Part shown: piece by piece, positions 43,367 through 54,632 of the stretch
Layout of the letters: each line of letters begins with the position of its first letter
How positions within the stretch are numbered: the first letter of the stretch is position 1
NCBI GenBank assembly: GCA_013426185.1
Contig: CP058602.1
Span: forward strand, 138,231-202,230
DNA length: 64,000 nucleotides
Source: Candidatus Woesebacteria bacterium
GTDB lineage: Bacteria; Patescibacteriota; Microgenomatia; UBA8517
Reading direction: 5' to 3'
The notes under the pieces: model-generated
Told to the model about the DNA's origin: nothing
Database searches by the model: none
Seen by the model: the letters and a program-made list of their open reading frames with translations, nothing else
Made by a program: the position numbers and the translations under genes

Positions 43367-43707
43367 GTATTCCTTTTTAACAATTTCTTATCATTAGTAT
43401 TGAAGATAATCTTCTTCCAATCAGGAAAAGTGAATCCCTGCAGTATGCTTCCTGTAAGAAGCCCCTTAAAGATAGGTGAAGTAAAGAAGCCATTGTTACT
43501 ATAAAAAGAGAAAACTAGAAGTAAAGACATATAGATCCAATGGTGAAGATGAACTATCTTCCCTCTGACATAAATTTTTAAATTAGGCAAAAGTTGGATG
43601 AATTTTATTTTAACAACAGGAAGCTTGCGATATATTTTAGAACTTGGGTGTGATGATTTTTTAGCTACCTCGTAGCCTAGAAAAAGAGAAACAAGAAATT
43701 CAATCAT
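43345..43707 (-). CDS. Hypothetical membrane protein. The C-terminal end overlaps tRNA-His and is probably shorter than called.
   Basis: ORF with 2 to 3 hydrophobic helices. No motif. Confidence 0.2.
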   Translation of the reverse strand: MIEFLVSLFLGYEVAKKSSHPSSKIYRKLPVVKIKFIQLLPNLKIYVRGKIVHLHHWIYMSLLLVFSFYSNNGFFTSPIFKGLLTGSILQGFTFPDWKKIIFNTNDKKLLKRNTGVAERI

Positions 43708-43742
43708 TTTTAAATATTAGCAAAATCAATCTAAGAAATGAA

Positions 43743-45074
43743 TTATCTTTTTCTTGATATGGTATAGATATCGGGATGATATAAAAAGGCAGCTGGAGCG
43801 TCTTCAAGCAAAAATCTTTGGAAATCAAGATAAATTTTCCTTCTTTCCTCAAGATCTAATTTACTTCTTCCCTCTTCAAGAAGGGCATCTATCCTAGGAT
43901 TTTTATATTTTGAATAATTAATTGCTGTTTGAGTAGCATGCCAAATTGAATATTGATCAGGATCAACTGGAGATTCAAAAATAACAAGCAGAGCTTGATA
44001 ATCATCAGGTATTATAGGCAAAGCCTGCACTTGAGCTTTAATACCTATTGCTTGCCACATCTTGACTATTTCTTCAGCTACAGCAAGCATGGCTGGTGTT
44101 GTCGTAAGCTTTATTTCCATTCCTTCTTTGCTTTGTTCTGGCAAAGATTTAATCAGATTTTTAGCTTTTTCTGGATCGTAGTCATAAGGTTTAACAAGAA
44201 GATTATAAGCCCAAGATTCGGGATAAATAGGCGAGATAGCTTTATTTGGACTAAGTCTATTTCTATCAATCGCGTAATACAAGGCTTGCCTTATTGTCTT
44301 TTCTGAAAGATACTTGTCGGTTGTATTAAAAAATATTGTGACTATATCTCTCGTATTAACTTTTTTCTCTATATTTAGAAAACCCCATTTATCAAGGGGG
44401 CTAGGATCAAAGATATTCTCCAAGATGTCCACTTGCCCAAGTTTGAAAGCTAATTTGAGCCTGTCTTCTGTCGGATAAAATTTATAAGTTTTTTGATTTT
44501 TATTTTTATCAGCTAAGACTATTTCCTCTACATAATTTCCTGAAAGAGAGACTTTCTTGACTTTCCACTCACCAAGACCCAAAAGCCCCTTTTTAAATAT
44601 TGGCTTTGATACAACACCAGGAAAAGGAGAAAAAGGGTTTTTTAGTTTGAATATGATTGTCTTTTCATCAGGTTTCTCTATCTCAACATCTGAAAAATTG
44701 TAAGAAATGTCACTTGACTTGATTTTACTTCCGTCTTGCCAAGTAAAGTTATCATCAATATGGAATATCCAAGTTTTGCCTTTATCTGGAGTTTCCCAAG
44801 ACTTGGCAAGCATAGGTTCAAAAGAACCATCAGGCCCTACTTTAGTCAGACCAAAACTAATTAAAGAAAGAACTTCTCCTGGCAGAGAATCTAGTCTATA
44901 TTTACCAACAAGACCTATCCTTTGATTTTCTTTAGCGGTAAAAAATGGTAGAAGAACAAATTTTAAAGCCAAAAAGAAGCAAAAACCTAACAAGATTCCA
45001 ATTAAAATGAGGGCTTTAAAGCGCGAGATGAAAGCTTGAATCAACTTTAGCGAATACCTTAAAGAGAAAGACAT
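43743..45074 (-). CDS. ABC transporter substrate-binding protein, family 5 (oligopeptide/nickel type)
   Basis: N-terminal TM anchor. Length and two-lobe pattern with the LYHPDIYTISRK C-terminal region are typical of SBP_bac_5. Confidence 0.5.
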   Translation of the reverse strand: MSFSLRYSLKLIQAFISRFKALILIGILLGFCFFLALKFVLLPFFTAKENQRIGLVGKYRLDSLPGEVLSLISFGLTKVGPDGSFEPMLAKSWETPDKGKTWIFHIDDNFTWQDGSKIKSSDISYNFSDVEIEKPDEKTIIFKLKNPFSPFPGVVSKPIFKKGLLGLGEWKVKKVSLSGNYVEEIVLADKNKNQKTYKFYPTEDRLKLAFKLGQVDILENIFDPSPLDKWGFLNIEKKVNTRDIVTIFFNTTDKYLSEKTIRQALYYAIDRNRLSPNKAISPIYPESWAYNLLVKPYDYDPEKAKNLIKSLPEQSKEGMEIKLTTTPAMLAVAEEIVKMWQAIGIKAQVQALPIIPDDYQALLVIFESPVDPDQYSIWHATQTAINYSKYKNPRIDALLEEGRSKLDLEERRKIYLDFQRFLLEDAPAAFLYHPDIYTISRKR

Positions 45075-45080
45075 AAATGT

Positions 45081-45314
45081 CTAAATTAAAATTCGCAGGA
45101 TTGAGGCTAATAGAAAAAGCCCGGAAAATAAAAAGGTTGACTTAAAGATTAGCTTTTCTATTCCTCTTCTCTTAAAAGAGATAGATCCACTTTGACCAAA
45201 GCTTCTCCCAAGTCCTGTTCCTTTTGTTTGAATGGTTACAAGAAAAATTACAACTAAGGCTGTGACAATTTGAGTAATTAAAAGAAAATCTTTCATTGTC
45301 TTATTATACCTCAA
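45081..45314 (-). CDS. secG: Preprotein translocase subunit SecG
   Basis: Two TM helices flanking a Gly-rich loop (QTKGTGLGRSFGQSGSISFKRRGIEK). Confidence 0.55.
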   Translation of the reverse strand: MRYNKTMKDFLLITQIVTALVVIFLVTIQTKGTGLGRSFGQSGSISFKRRGIEKLIFKSTFLFSGLFLLASILRILI

Positions 45315-45323
45315 AATCTTTTG

Positions 45324-45728
45324 CTATTTGAAGATCCAATTTAGGATTGAGGTCAAAATGGAAAGAGTAAAAGAAAAAAGGATGATAGCCAAAAATCCTC
45401 CTACCTCGATTCTGGGAATAGAAAACCAGATATTCTCATAACCAGGAAAGAAAAATCGCTCGATTTTAAATTGATTAACAACAAGAGTAACAAGATATAA
45501 GGCAACTGCTGATGAAAGCCAACGGAAAAGGCCAAAAGTAATGAGATTAAGAGGTAAAATCAAGAGGTTTACGATTGGTCTAACTAGGTATGCGGCAACT
45601 CCCAAGGCAAAAGACGCGATAAGAAATGTTTTTATTCCTTCCCCAAAGAAAAGGCCTGAAACAAACTGATTGACAATATATAAAGCCAGAACCTCAATAG
45701 CAAAGATTTTAATTATCTTCTTTATCAT
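45324..45728 (-). CDS. DUF360 / phage-holin-4-like (YvlD family) membrane protein, paralog of the 26080-26418 gene
   Basis: Same 4-TM architecture, with the LYIVNQFVSGLFF ... LYLVTLVVNQF internal repeat. Confidence 0.5.
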   Translation of the reverse strand: MIKKIIKIFAIEVLALYIVNQFVSGLFFGEGIKTFLIASFALGVAAYLVRPIVNLLILPLNLITFGLFRWLSSAVALYLVTLVVNQFKIERFFFPGYENIWFSIPRIEVGGFLAIILFSFTLSILTSILNWIFK

Positions 45729-45761
45729 CTAACTAAGTATAGGTTGAAACTTGCAAAAAAG

Positions 45762-47102
45762 TCAAAGCTTAAGCGTGGAAAGGAATAACTTATGATGATA
45801 TCTTTGAGCGAAACGATGTGATTCATCCCTAATTCTGACAATCAGATTACCAAACTTTTCATTTTTTATTCGATGTTTTAGGTAGGTTGTTTGATTATTC
45901 TCTAAAATCGGCACAACTAATTCCTCAAATCTTTTGGCAATCCCAATTAGCGGAATTTTATATCTTTTTAAAATTGGATAAACTGCTGAAACTTGAGGTT
46001 TGCCGCCATCAACTATAATCAAATCAGGTTTACCCCAATCTTTTAAGTGTTTTAATCTACGATTTATCACCTCAATTAAAGATTCTCTATCGTTATTGAT
46101 ACTTCTTTTTAATCTGAACTGCTTGTAATCTCTTGAGCTTTTATTTCCATCTATAAAAACCACCATCGAGGCTGCGGCATAGGCCCCTGAAGTGTGAGAA
46201 ACATCATAGCACTCGATGCGTCTAAGTTTTTTAATCCTAAAAAACTTGCTTAGGAAATTAATGAAAGATTCTATTTCCTCTTCTCTTTGATCTTCAATTA
46301 AGTTTGGATTCTCAAGATATTCATCAGGATTTCTTATTGGCGAGGTTAGGTATTTAAAAGTTTCAAGTTTATTTTTAGCTTCCAAAGCTTTTTCAAATTC
46401 TTGCTTCTGAGCGAGGTTTTTTATTTCACTTGTTAACTCTTTTTCTACTTTTTTAATATTTCCACTCAAAAAATATTTAACTTTTCTAATGTTTCTTAAA
46501 TAATCTTTTTTAAGCTCTTTTCTTTTTGACTCTTCTTTAGTATTCTCTATCAAGTTGGGACAAGGATTGCAAAGGCCAATTTGGCTATAAATACAAGGCT
46601 TTTTCCCCAATTTGTGATCTGAAAATGGAATGAATCTTCTTATGTTTCTAAGTAGATTTCGAGCTATCCTTGTTGAGAGGAATGGTCCGTAAAATTTATC
46701 AACATTTTTGCCTTTAATCTCACTTTTTCTTCCCAAAATAAGAAGAGGGTATTTTTCCTTTGTTATTATTATGTAAAGAGGGCTTTTGTCGTCCTTTTGG
46801 ATAACGTTATACTTAGGCTGATATTTTTTTATCAAATTTGCCTCCAAAATCAAAGCTTCAATTTCGCTTTCGGTCTTAATAAAGCTTAAAAACTTTGCTT
46901 CTTTTACCATCTCTTTTGTTTTTCTTATCAAGATACCCGAAAAGTAACTTGAAAGCCTGTTTTTAAGATTTTTGGCTTTGCCTACATAAAGTGGTCTTTT
47001 ATCTTGTGCAAGGAAAAGATAAACACCTGGGAGTGTTGGAATTTCTAGAAATAATTCTTTCTTAGGGGTAGTATGAAGCTCAAGAACAACTTTTTTGTTC
47101 AT
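45762..47102 (-). CDS. uvrC: Excinuclease ABC subunit C (short form, no C-terminal HhH)
   Basis: N-terminal GIY-YIG (PGVYLF...YVGKAKNLKNRLSSYF), a Cys-rich UvrB-interaction region and an RNase-H-like endonuclease domain (CYDVSHTSG). Confidence 0.7.
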   Translation of the reverse strand: MNKKVVLELHTTPKKELFLEIPTLPGVYLFLAQDKRPLYVGKAKNLKNRLSSYFSGILIRKTKEMVKEAKFLSFIKTESEIEALILEANLIKKYQPKYNVIQKDDKSPLYIIITKEKYPLLILGRKSEIKGKNVDKFYGPFLSTRIARNLLRNIRRFIPFSDHKLGKKPCIYSQIGLCNPCPNLIENTKEESKRKELKKDYLRNIRKVKYFLSGNIKKVEKELTSEIKNLAQKQEFEKALEAKNKLETFKYLTSPIRNPDEYLENPNLIEDQREEEIESFINFLSKFFRIKKLRRIECYDVSHTSGAYAAASMVVFIDGNKSSRDYKQFRLKRSINNDRESLIEVINRRLKHLKDWGKPDLIIVDGGKPQVSAVYPILKRYKIPLIGIAKRFEELVVPILENNQTTYLKHRIKNEKFGNLIVRIRDESHRFAQRYHHKLFLSTLKL

Positions 47103-49033
47103 ATGTTACTCTCGTCTTTTCTGTGATTAAAAAAATTACTCAATGCCAATTTTAGCTTCAAACGATTAAAGCTGAATATTATAAAAGAGACTAAAATTAT
47201 GGCTAAAATAAAAATAATCAATATATTTGATAGTAGAACCTGATCTTTTACCCCTTTAATTTCCTTTGTTGTATTAACAAATTGTACTGAAATTTTAGCA
47301 GGAGTTTTTTGCGCTAAAAAAGAAAAAGGGATATCAAGATAGAACTCATAAGAATTAAAAGGTAAAAGAGTTGTAATTTTTTCTTCTTTTACCAGTTTGT
47401 TGTCAAAATAAACAAGAGCTTTTTGATCGTATAAGGCTGATTGTCCGCTATTGGTAATAATAAATTTAGCTTGATAAAAAGTAAGAGGTATTTTTGTTAT
47501 AAGTTGAATATCAGCTGATAACTTATTGTTTATTAAATCAGGCTTTCCCCCGAGAGTTACAAAGACATCTTTTGTGGGTTCAGAACCCAACTTATAAGAA
47601 CCTGCGCTTGGAGGATAGGTTGAATTTTCGCCATGAATCACGAAAGCAAAGTGTCTCAAGTCCTGTTTTTCAAAGAAATCAGCTCCGCGACTAGTTTTTT
47701 GCCAAGTTGGATCAACCGGTATCCAAATCTTTTGTCTTTCGTCCCAGTATTCAGGCCAAGAGTGAAGAACATCACTAACCAAAGAAAGCGGCATCAATTT
47801 AGGATCATCACTGTAAGCAAATCCGTTTATTTCTCTTGCAGGTATTCCCTTTGCTCTTAGGATAGCAATGAAAAGATCAGTAAATTCCATACAAATTGCA
47901 GAATTTGGGTTTTCAAGAACTTTTTTTGCCCCCAATCTTTGGACATTAGGTTTTGCTCTTTCATAATCGTAGTTGAGAGTGTTGACGACATAGTTATAGA
48001 CATCTTTTACGCTTCTTAGATTCTGAGCTAAATTTTTTATTTGTGGGTCGTCTGATTCCCAATAAGGTTGAGGAAGAGTGTTTTTGTACAAGGACTCTTC
48101 ACTTACAAAATTAATGCGTTGAAAAGATGGAAAGACTTGAGCATAACCTGTGGCTTTTATGTTCAGATTCTCGCGGGCAGAAAGATAATATTCGGCCAAC
48201 CAATTACCATCGTTATCAACAACTATACTTTTGGGTCTTGGATCAATATCTTCATAGAAAACTCGCTGAAAAGAGGTGTCAGGAGGAAGAGCTATTTTGG
48301 TTTTAGCTTCTTTGTTTAGAGGGTTCTCAAGATGATAATTGAGAGTAAAGGAAAAAACTTGAAAATTGCCAAATCCCAAAGTTACTCCAGTTTTTTCAAG
48401 TAGAGTCTCTTTATCAAATTCAAGGCCAATTTTGTCGTCTTTTTTGAATTTTGATTTTGCTTCAGGAGACGCGTAAGCAAGGTTACCAAAGTTTATAGGA
48501 ACAAGAACTTTAAGTTGATAGGAATTAAATTTCTCAATATCTCCCTGACGAGGCAAATAAATTTCCCAAACTTCTCCTATTTTCTGAGCAAAATTTGTTA
48601 TTTCGTAGCTTACGGTGAAGAGTCTCGTAGCTCCTTTACCAACCCTTGCATCTGGAAAATCAATTCTTAGCGTGGTCTTATTGTCCTTTTGTTCTTTATT
48701 AACAGTAAGGCTATTTCCTTCGCTTTCTGCTTTGACATTTTCAGGTTTAAAACCAATAAGATCAATAGCGTAACTTTGTGCATAAACTTCAGGCACTTCA
48801 TTTTTTAAAGTAATGTCTTGCCTGACAAAAGCCTTTCCCTCTTGATTGATATCGTAAGTAATAGAAGAATCTAAGCTAAAAGAAGATTGAGACCACGCTT
48901 GTTTTGTGAAACTAAAAAATAAGATAAGTAATATAAAAGGAGTTAAAAAAGCACGTTGTCTCCATTTAATTCTTGCCTGACGATTAATACCCAAGAGTTT
49001 TGAAAAGAGGAAAAAAAATCTTTTTTTCATCAC
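47099..49033 (-). CDS. Transglutaminase-like (Cys-His-Asp) domain protein, membrane-anchored at both ends
   Basis: N-terminal TM/signal; core CMEFTDLF ... HSWPEYWD ... DPTW (TGase Cys/His/Asp); C-terminal TM helix. Confidence 0.55.
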   Translation of the reverse strand: MMKKRFFFLFSKLLGINRQARIKWRQRAFLTPFILLILFFSFTKQAWSQSSFSLDSSITYDINQEGKAFVRQDITLKNEVPEVYAQSYAIDLIGFKPENVKAESEGNSLTVNKEQKDNKTTLRIDFPDARVGKGATRLFTVSYEITNFAQKIGEVWEIYLPRQGDIEKFNSYQLKVLVPINFGNLAYASPEAKSKFKKDDKIGLEFDKETLLEKTGVTLGFGNFQVFSFTLNYHLENPLNKEAKTKIALPPDTSFQRVFYEDIDPRPKSIVVDNDGNWLAEYYLSARENLNIKATGYAQVFPSFQRINFVSEESLYKNTLPQPYWESDDPQIKNLAQNLRSVKDVYNYVVNTLNYDYERAKPNVQRLGAKKVLENPNSAICMEFTDLFIAILRAKGIPAREINGFAYSDDPKLMPLSLVSDVLHSWPEYWDERQKIWIPVDPTWQKTSRGADFFEKQDLRHFAFVIHGENSTYPPSAGSYKLGSEPTKDVFVTLGGKPDLINNKLSADIQLITKIPLTFYQAKFIITNSGQSALYDQKALVYFDNKLVKEEKITTLLPFNSYEFYLDIPFSFLAQKTPAKISVQFVNTTKEIKGVKDQVLLSNILIIFILAIILVSFIIFSFNRLKLKLALSNFFNHRKDESNI

Positions 49034-49046
49034 TAATTAGTATATC

Positions 49047-51947
49047 CTAAAGATATCTTGCAGTATATGAATTTTTGCTCTTTTTTACTTCATCAACATT
49101 ACCTGAAGCTATAACATAACCACCCTTTTCGCCGCCTTCAGGACCAAGATCAATAATAAAATCAGCATTTTTGATAACATCAATATTGTGCTCTATCATA
49201 AAAACGCTATTTCCTCTTTCAACCAAAAGCTTTAAAACTCTAAGAAGTTTCTCTACATCAGCAAAATGAAGGCCCGTCGTTGGTTCATCTAAAATATAAA
49301 CAGTGCTTCCCGTTGCTTTTTTTGAAAGTTCCGCAGCTAATTTGACTCTTTGCGCTTCCCCTCCCGATAAAGTTGTGGCTGGCTGACCAAGCTTAATATA
49401 GCCTAAACCCACCTCTTTTAAGGTTTCAAGTTTGTGAATTATCTGGCTGTAGGAATGAAAATGTTCTAAAGCTTCATCAACTGACATATCAAGAACCTCA
49501 GCAATATTTTTGCCTCTAAAATTAATTTCCAAAGTGGAGCTGTTGTAACGTTTACCGTGACAAACATCGCAGGTAATCCAAATATCACTCATAAACTGCA
49601 TTTCTATCTTTATTTGACCTTGACCTTCACAAACTTCGCATCTTCCGCCTTTAACATTAAAGGAAAACCGACCTTTTTTAAAACCCATTGCTTTGGCTTC
49701 ACGAGTGTTGGCAAAAACATCTCTTATCAAATCAAAAACTTTGGTATAAGTCGCCGGATTACTACGTGGGGTTCTGCCTATTGGAGATTGGTCTATCAAG
49801 ATAACCTTATCTACTTTACCTGTGATTTGAATATCTTTAAGATTTAGATCTTTGTCTAAATAACCTGAATTAAGATAACTATTTAAAGCAGGATAAAGAG
49901 TATCAACCAAGAGAGTTGATTTTCCGCTTCCTGAAACGCCGGTTATTACTACCATCTTACCCAAGGGAAAATTGACATTAATATTTTTTAGATTGTAACG
50001 CGAAGCTCCTATCAATTTAATCTCGCCTTTTGGTGCAAGATCGTGAGACTTTGGTAAACTGATTGTCTTTTTGTTAGCAAGGTAAAGCCCAGTTTGCGAT
50101 TTTGTACTTTTTCTTAAATCACTGGGTGTGCCTTCAAAAACTACTTCTCCACCTTTTTCTCCCGCCTCAGGCCCAAAATCAACAACCCAATCAGCGCTTT
50201 CAATCATTTCTCTATCATGTTCTACAACAATAACGGTATTATCCAAATCTCTTAGTTTTTTAAGAGTAGCTATTAACTTTTGATTGTCTCTTGGGTGAAG
50301 ACCAATTGTAGGTTCATCTAAGACATAAAGGACGCCGGTTAGTCCAGAGCCAATTTGCGAAGCAAGTCTTATCCTTTGCGCCTCACCCCCTGAAAGAGAT
50401 GACGAACTTCGCGAAAGTGATAAATACTCAATACCAACCGAATTCAAAAAGCTAAGGCGTTGGTCTATTTCTTTAATAATGAGTTGAGAGATAGCCTGTT
50501 CCCTTTGGGAAATTATGCTTGGCAACTTTCTAATCCATTCAAGAAGCGAGGTTATAGAAAGTGCCGAGACTTCAGCAATTGATTTTTCGTCAATAGTTAT
50601 TGACAATGCTTCCTTTTTAAGTCTTGTACCATTACAAGTTTTACAGATTTCTTCTTTCATATATTTTCCTATTTCTTGTTTAACATATTCGGAACTTGTC
50701 TCCTGATATTTTTCCTCAAGATCAGAAATTAAGCCTTTAAACTTCTCTAAAATACTTGTTTTATTGCCCCAGCGATTAAGGCCATAAACTTGATATAATT
50801 TATCTCCTGTCCCATAAAGAAGAATATCAATCTTTTCTTTGGAATATGTTTTTATTGGTTGTCTTGGGTCAATTCCGTTTTCCTCACATACCTTAAGGAT
50901 TATTCTTGAATACCAAGTATCTTTTTCAAAAAGACGAGAAAAAGGTAAAATTCCACCCTCGGTTATGGAAAGATCAAAAGCAAAAATTTTTTGAGGATCT
51001 ATTTTTAGAACTTTTCCTAAGCCGGAGCAGTCAGGACAAGCACCAAAAGGAGAGTTAAAAGAGAAAGTTCTTGGCTCAATTTCAGGAATTTGGATATTGT
51101 CAACAGGACAGGCAAAAAGCTCCGAAAAAAGATGATCTCTAAATTCCTTTGGCATTTTTGACATTTCAAAATCAGAATCTAAAATTTCAGACAAAATAAC
51201 ACCCCCTTCAGATAGATTTAAGGCTTGGGAAAGAGAGTCAACTAGTCTTGTTTTAAAACTGTTTAAAAATATTTTATCTCTGAAATCTTTTTCGCTTAAG
51301 CTGAATTTATCAACTACTGCCTCAATAGAATGTTTATTGGTTTTAATCAAAAAAAGCTCTTCATCAAGGGATTTGATAACACCGTCTATTCTTGCTTCTC
51401 TATAGCCTTTTGCCTTGATATTACTAAAAAGAGAAGTAAATTCGCCTTTTCTTTCTCTCACAAGAGGTGAAAGAACTAAAAATCTCATTATTTTTTTTTC
51501 TTTGAGCTTCTCTTGAATTAATTTCATAACACTTCCTGTAATTTCATCAATACTCTGGTGAGAAATTTCTCTTCCACAGACAGGACAATGGGGATGTCCA
51601 ATTCTAGCAAAAAGAAGGCGCAAGTAATCATATATCTCAGTAATTGTTCCCACTGTTGAGCGAGGATTATGGGAAGTGGTTTTTTGATCAATTGAGATAG
51701 CAGGAGATAAGCCTTCAATAAAATCCACATCAGGTTTATCCATTACTCCCAAGAATTGGCGAGCATAAGTTGAAAGAGATTCAACATATCTCCTTTGGCC
51801 TTCAGCATAAATAGTGTCAAAAGCAAGCGATGTCTTACCACTACCTGAAACTCCCGTAAAAACTACCAGTTTGTTTTTGGGAATATCAAGATTAACATTT
51901 TTAAGATTATGCTGTCTTGCACCTCTGATTTTGATAAAATTTTGCAT
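49047..51947 (-). CDS. uvrA: Excinuclease ABC subunit A
   Basis: Two ABC ATPase modules ([22 protein letters not shown]) with LSGGEAQR signatures and zinc-finger Cys clusters. Confidence 0.9.
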   Translation of the reverse strand: MQNFIKIRGARQHNLKNVNLDIPKNKLVVFTGVSGSGKTSLAFDTIYAEGQRRYVESLSTYARQFLGVMDKPDVDFIEGLSPAISIDQKTTSHNPRSTVGTITEIYDYLRLLFARIGHPHCPVCGREISHQSIDEITGSVMKLIQEKLKEKKIMRFLVLSPLVRERKGEFTSLFSNIKAKGYREARIDGVIKSLDEELFLIKTNKHSIEAVVDKFSLSEKDFRDKIFLNSFKTRLVDSLSQALNLSEGGVILSEILDSDFEMSKMPKEFRDHLFSELFACPVDNIQIPEIEPRTFSFNSPFGACPDCSGLGKVLKIDPQKIFAFDLSITEGGILPFSRLFEKDTWYSRIILKVCEENGIDPRQPIKTYSKEKIDILLYGTGDKLYQVYGLNRWGNKTSILEKFKGLISDLEEKYQETSSEYVKQEIGKYMKEEICKTCNGTRLKKEALSITIDEKSIAEVSALSITSLLEWIRKLPSIISQREQAISQLIIKEIDQRLSFLNSVGIEYLSLSRSSSSLSGGEAQRIRLASQIGSGLTGVLYVLDEPTIGLHPRDNQKLIATLKKLRDLDNTVIVVEHDREMIESADWVVDFGPEAGEKGGEVVFEGTPSDLRKSTKSQTGLYLANKKTISLPKSHDLAPKGEIKLIGASRYNLKNINVNFPLGKMVVITGVSGSGKSTLLVDTLYPALNSYLNSGYLDKDLNLKDIQITGKVDKVILIDQSPIGRTPRSNPATYTKVFDLIRDVFANTREAKAMGFKKGRFSFNVKGGRCEVCEGQGQIKIEMQFMSDIWITCDVCHGKRYNSSTLEINFRGKNIAEVLDMSVDEALEHFHSYSQIIHKLETLKEVGLGYIKLGQPATTLSGGEAQRVKLAAELSKKATGSTVYILDEPTTGLHFADVEKLLRVLKLLVERGNSVFMIEHNIDVIKNADFIIDLGPEGGEKGGYVIASGNVDEVKKSKNSYTARYL

Positions 51948-51952
51948 AGTGT

Positions 51953-53983
51953 TTAACTTGCCGCCTCAAGCTCTTTAATTTTATCCCTGATTTTAATTGC
52001 TAGTTCAAAATCAAGATTAACTGCCGCTAAATTCATCTCTCGTTTTAATTTATTAATTAATTTTTTTCTGTCAAGAGGTGTTAAACTTTCAACATCAAAA
52101 TTTTCAAGGTTACCAAAGACTGATTCTTTTTGGGTCAATTGTTCAATAAACCCGAGTTCTTCCTTTTCAATCACCCTTTTGCGGATGGGTTTAACTATAT
52201 TTTGCGGCACAATTCCATATTTTTTATTGACCTTGAGTTGACATTCCCTTCTTCTTTTTACTTCATCTAAAGCGCCTTTTATTGAATCGGTAATCGTGTC
52301 GGCGTATAAAATTACTCTGCCTTCAATATGCCTTGCAGCTCTACCCATTGTTTGAATTAATGTCGTTTTTGAACGCAAAAAGCCTTCTTTATCAGCATCA
52401 AGAATGGCAACAAGCGAGACCTCCGGTAAATCAAGTCCTTCTCTTAAAAGATTGACTCCAATTAAAACATCGTAATCTCCTCTTCTTAAACTGTCTAAAA
52501 TATCGGATCTTTCAAGAGTTTTAATTTCAGAATGCAAATAGTGGACTTTTAATCCCTGTTCTTTAAGGTAAGAGGCTAAATCTTCAGCCATAGTTTTAGT
52601 TAGGGTTGTAACTAAAGTTCGCTGCTTTTTATTTATCTGCTTTTTGATTTCTGAAATTACATCAGCAACTTGATTTTTGGTTGGTTTAATTTCAACTTCT
52701 GGATCAGGAATTCCAGTCGGGCGAGCTAAAAGCTCCACTACTTTACCTTGGGAAAACCTAATTTCCCAATCATCAGGAGTAGCCGAGGTGGCAAGAAAAC
52801 TAGGAACCTTGCTTAAAAATTCGTCAAACTTCAAAGGCCGATTATCAAGAGCAGAAGGAAGCCTAAAGCCATAGTCAATTAAAGTCTGTTTGCGCGCGCG
52901 ATCACCATTAAACATTCCTCTTATTTGAGGAAATGTAATATGAGATTCATCTACAATAACAAGCCAATCTTTGCCGTATGAATTCTGGAAATAGTCAAGA
53001 AGAGAAAAAGGAGGTTCTCCCTTTTTCCTGCCGTCAAAATAGCGTGAGTAATTCTCAATTCCCTTAACATATCCAAACTCACGAATCATCTCTAAATCAT
53101 AAGTTACCTTTTGTTTAATTCTTTGTGCCGAGATTAAATCATTCTTCTTCTCAAAAAATCTAACTCTCTCTTCCATATCTTTTTTAATCTCATCAATTAT
53201 TTGATCTTCATTTCTATCAGCCAAAAAATGCTTAGCAGGAAAAATGGTGACATTCCCTTCCTCTTGCCCTTCTTTTTCTCCTGTCAGTGGATCAAAGTAA
53301 AAAATAGCTTCAACTATCCCTCTATCTATAACTATTCGAAGAGCCCTGTCTTGATAAGCGGGAAAGACATCAATAGAATCGCCACGCAGACGAAACATAG
53401 CCCTTTTGAACTCGAATTCTCCTCTTTCGTATTGAAGGTCAACCAATTTCTCTGTTATCTCCTTTAAGTTAATTTTGTCCCCCCTTTTTAATTGGATAGC
53501 AAATTTGCCATAATTTTTAGGAGAACCTAAATTATAAATGCAGGAAACCGAAGCAACTACAACAACATCACGACGACTTAAAAGATTGCTGGTTGTTTCA
53601 AGTCTTAATTTATCAATTAATTCATTGATAGCAGAATCTTTTTCGATATAGGTATCAGTTGAAGGAATATAGGCTTCTGGTTGATAATAGTCATAATAGG
53701 AAATAAAAAAAGAGACTGCATTATTGGGGAAAAACTCTCTTATCTCCTGATAAAGCTGTCCTGCAAGGGTTTTATTATGAGAGATTATCAAAGTTGGAAT
53801 TTGCAATTTCTCAATTAAGTTTGCCATAACAAAAGTCTTGCCAGAGCCTGTTACACCCAAAAGGACCTGGTAATGATTGCCTGACTTAAAACCACTAACC
53901 AGTTCTTCAACAGCTCTCCTTTGCTCTACTGTTGGTTTGTAAGGTAAATTTAAATTAAATATTTTCATTTTGGCTATTGACAA
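51953..53983 (-). CDS. uvrB: Excinuclease ABC subunit B
   Basis: [12 protein letters not shown] Walker A, a DESH box, helicase C-terminal motifs and a C-terminal UVR domain. Confidence 0.9.
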   Translation of the reverse strand: MSIAKMKIFNLNLPYKPTVEQRRAVEELVSGFKSGNHYQVLLGVTGSGKTFVMANLIEKLQIPTLIISHNKTLAGQLYQEIREFFPNNAVSFFISYYDYYQPEAYIPSTDTYIEKDSAINELIDKLRLETTSNLLSRRDVVVVASVSCIYNLGSPKNYGKFAIQLKRGDKINLKEITEKLVDLQYERGEFEFKRAMFRLRGDSIDVFPAYQDRALRIVIDRGIVEAIFYFDPLTGEKEGQEEGNVTIFPAKHFLADRNEDQIIDEIKKDMEERVRFFEKKNDLISAQRIKQKVTYDLEMIREFGYVKGIENYSRYFDGRKKGEPPFSLLDYFQNSYGKDWLVIVDESHITFPQIRGMFNGDRARKQTLIDYGFRLPSALDNRPLKFDEFLSKVPSFLATSATPDDWEIRFSQGKVVELLARPTGIPDPEVEIKPTKNQVADVISEIKKQINKKQRTLVTTLTKTMAEDLASYLKEQGLKVHYLHSEIKTLERSDILDSLRRGDYDVLIGVNLLREGLDLPEVSLVAILDADKEGFLRSKTTLIQTMGRAARHIEGRVILYADTITDSIKGALDEVKRRRECQLKVNKKYGIVPQNIVKPIRKRVIEKEELGFIEQLTQKESVFGNLENFDVESLTPLDRKKLINKLKREMNLAAVNLDFELAIKIRDKIKELEAAS

Positions 53984-54014
53984 ATTCGGTTTATTTTTGG
54001 TAATAATTACTATT

Positions 54015-54632
54015 ATGACACCTGTTCTTTACAAGAGGCAAGCTATTATACTAGATTTTTTGAAGCAATACATCCAAAAGTATGGCATTGCCCCAAATTT
54101 GAAACAAATAGCTGAAGCTACTAATCTTAGAGCTATATCAACTGTTCACGAACATCTTTGTAATTTGGAAAAGCTAGGATTTATCAAAAGAAGCAATAGA
54201 GGTAAAGAGATAGAGATACTTAATGAAAATATTACTTTTTCACCCAAGGGGATAGAAGTTCCCATTTTGGGTTTTGTTGCTGCAGGTCTACCAATTGAAC
54301 CATACACTGACCCTAATGCTCAGATTGGTATTCCGCCCTCTTTTGCTAAAAGCAATAAAAGAGTTTTTGTCCTTCAGGTACGTGGTGAATCAATGATTGA
54401 AGAACAAATAAGAGACGGGGATTACGTGGTTTGCGAACAAACAGAGACAGCTAAAAATGGCGATATCGTTATAGCCCTTCTTGATAATGGAACAGCAACC
54501 CTAAAGAAGTTTTTTAAGGAGGCTACAAGAATTAGGCTAGAACCTGCTAATGCCAAGATGGAACCTATTTTTGTCAAAAATGTCAGAGTGCAAGGCAAAG
54601 TAATCGGTTTAATCAGAAAATATGTTAACTAG
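54015..54632 (+). CDS. lexA: LexA repressor. The ORF track begins it at 53970; Met at 54015 is the more likely start.
   Basis: N-terminal wHTH (LKQIAEATNLRAISTVHEHLCNLEKLG); VAAGLPIEP cleavage region; S24 peptidase Ser (RGESM) and Lys (LKKF). Confidence 0.75.
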   Translation: MTPVLYKRQAIILDFLKQYIQKYGIAPNLKQIAEATNLRAISTVHEHLCNLEKLGFIKRSNRGKEIEILNENITFSPKGIEVPILGFVAAGLPIEPYTDPNAQIGIPPSFAKSNKRVFVLQVRGESMIEEQIRDGDYVVCEQTETAKNGDIVIALLDNGTATLKKFFKEATRIRLEPANAKMEPIFVKNVRVQGKVIGLIRKYVN

